Below are positions 63,574 through 64,000 of a DNA stretch of 64,000 bases, piece by piece. The position numbers and the translations under genes were made by a program. Under the pieces are notes generated by a model. The model saw only the letters and a program-made list of their open reading frames with translations. It searched no databases and was not told the origin of the DNA. The DNA lies in NCBI GenBank assembly GCA_042567505.1, contig JBHPJW010000004.1, positions 1,151-65,150 of the forward strand, written 5' to 3'. This stretch comes from Fibrobacterota bacterium. GTDB taxonomy: Bacteria; Fibrobacterota; Fibrobacteria; UBA11236; JADFYW01. Positions within the stretch are counted from its first letter, which is position 1. Each line of letters starts with the position of its first letter.

Positions 63574-64000
63574 ATGATGAACCGCGCCTATCAAATACCG
63601 GTTTACAGCTACCAACCAAAGCATGTTGCCAAACGCCATGATGACGGGAGCCGCTTATGGTTTCCCAATAAAAAAAAAATAAAATGGATGATCGTACATA
63701 TCATCATAGGCGTTTTCTTCGGATATAACAGCATATATTTCAAAGCCTGGGGTGTCGGCGTCGTGATGTTGGGGGCCTACAGGATTATGGCGACGAAGAA
63801 CAGAACCGGCGCCGCGCACTATTTCGCCGGGTACCTTTTGGGCCTTGAACTTGTTTTGCGCATGACAAACACGGCCATCATCTGGGAGTTCGGCAAGTAT
63901 AGCATTGCGTTCCTTTTTGCTTTGGCGCTTTTTGTAGAGAAAAGACCCATGTCATATTCCCGGATTTTCGCTCCTTATGTATTTCTCCTCATTCCCGGGG
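63574..64000 (+). CDS. Partial CDS (runs off the right edge): integral membrane protein, possibly Wzy/O-antigen-ligase-like
   Basis: ATG at 63574 preceded by SD AAAGGAGAGG. The frame is open to position 64000 and is absent from the ORF track because it has no stop. The translation shows consecutive hydrophobic spans (WMIVHIIIGVFFGY, GVGVVMLGAY, YSIAFLFALALFV). Confidence 0.5.
   Translation, partial: MMNRAYQIPVYSYQPKHVAKRHDDGSRLWFPNKKKIKWMIVHIIIGVFFGYNSIYFKAWGVGVVMLGAYRIMATKNRTGAAHYFAGYLLGLELVLRMTNTAIIWEFGKYSIAFLFALALFVEKRPMSYSRIFAPYVFLLIPG

Noticed and set aside
1-64000. Search by eye for rRNA, tRNA, CRISPR arrays, transposases, integrases, toxin-antitoxin or known defence-system genes
   Set aside because: I found none. 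There are no regularly spaced direct repeats, no cloverleaf-like conserved tRNA boxes in the few intergenic gaps, and no DDE, tyrosine/serine recombinase, nuclease-helicase or RT motifs in the ORF translations. A covariance-model scan would still be needed to exclude small RNAs.

Overview
The window reads as bacterial, probably from an FCB-group (Bacteroidota-like) lineage. That placement is only an inference from a UpxY-type antiterminator and a TSP3/OmpA-like envelope protein. Positions 1-8.6 kb carry housekeeping and envelope genes: mutL, a thrombospondin-type-3 repeat protein, a PDZ-thioredoxin, a translationally coupled ferredoxin plus geranylgeranyl-reductase pair, a lamin-tail-domain lipoprotein and cysQ. 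From 8.66 kb to the right edge (more than 55 kb) there is one almost uninterrupted plus-strand glycan (O-antigen or capsule type) biosynthesis locus with many ATGA or short start/stop overlaps. It is headed by the UpxY-like antiterminator and a UbiA / DprE1-like / DprE2-like triad, which suggests a polyprenyl-phospho-arabinofuranose-type donor. I count 12 glycosyltransferases (7 GT4-like, 5 GT2-like), 10 SAM methyltransferases and a B12-radical-SAM enzyme. It also holds 3 PLP sugar aminotransferases, a Wzm/Wzt ABC exporter whose Wzt has a C-terminal extension, and a formyltransferase / NodB-deacetylase / aminotransferase / GT2 block with Arn-like logic. The remaining genes are two AsnB-type amidotransferases, a polytopic GT-C-like membrane protein and two carrier-protein cassettes. 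The most unusual items follow. (1) One cassette combines MBOAT, a DltD/AlgJ-like protein, a B12-rSAM enzyme, an FkbH-type loader and an ACP. With the upstream DltA-like adenylation enzyme and ACP, it gives a Dlt-like, carrier-protein-fed trans-membrane acylation logic inside a Gram-negative-style ABC-transporter glycan locus. (2) An ORF-less group II intron of about 717 nt (5' GTGCG, textbook domain V) sits in the only long non-coding gap of the operon. (3) The DPA-type donor triad occurs outside Actinobacteria. I saw no rRNA, tRNA, CRISPR array, transposase, integrase or recognisable defence genes. All functional calls come from motifs read in the supplied translations; no database search was run.
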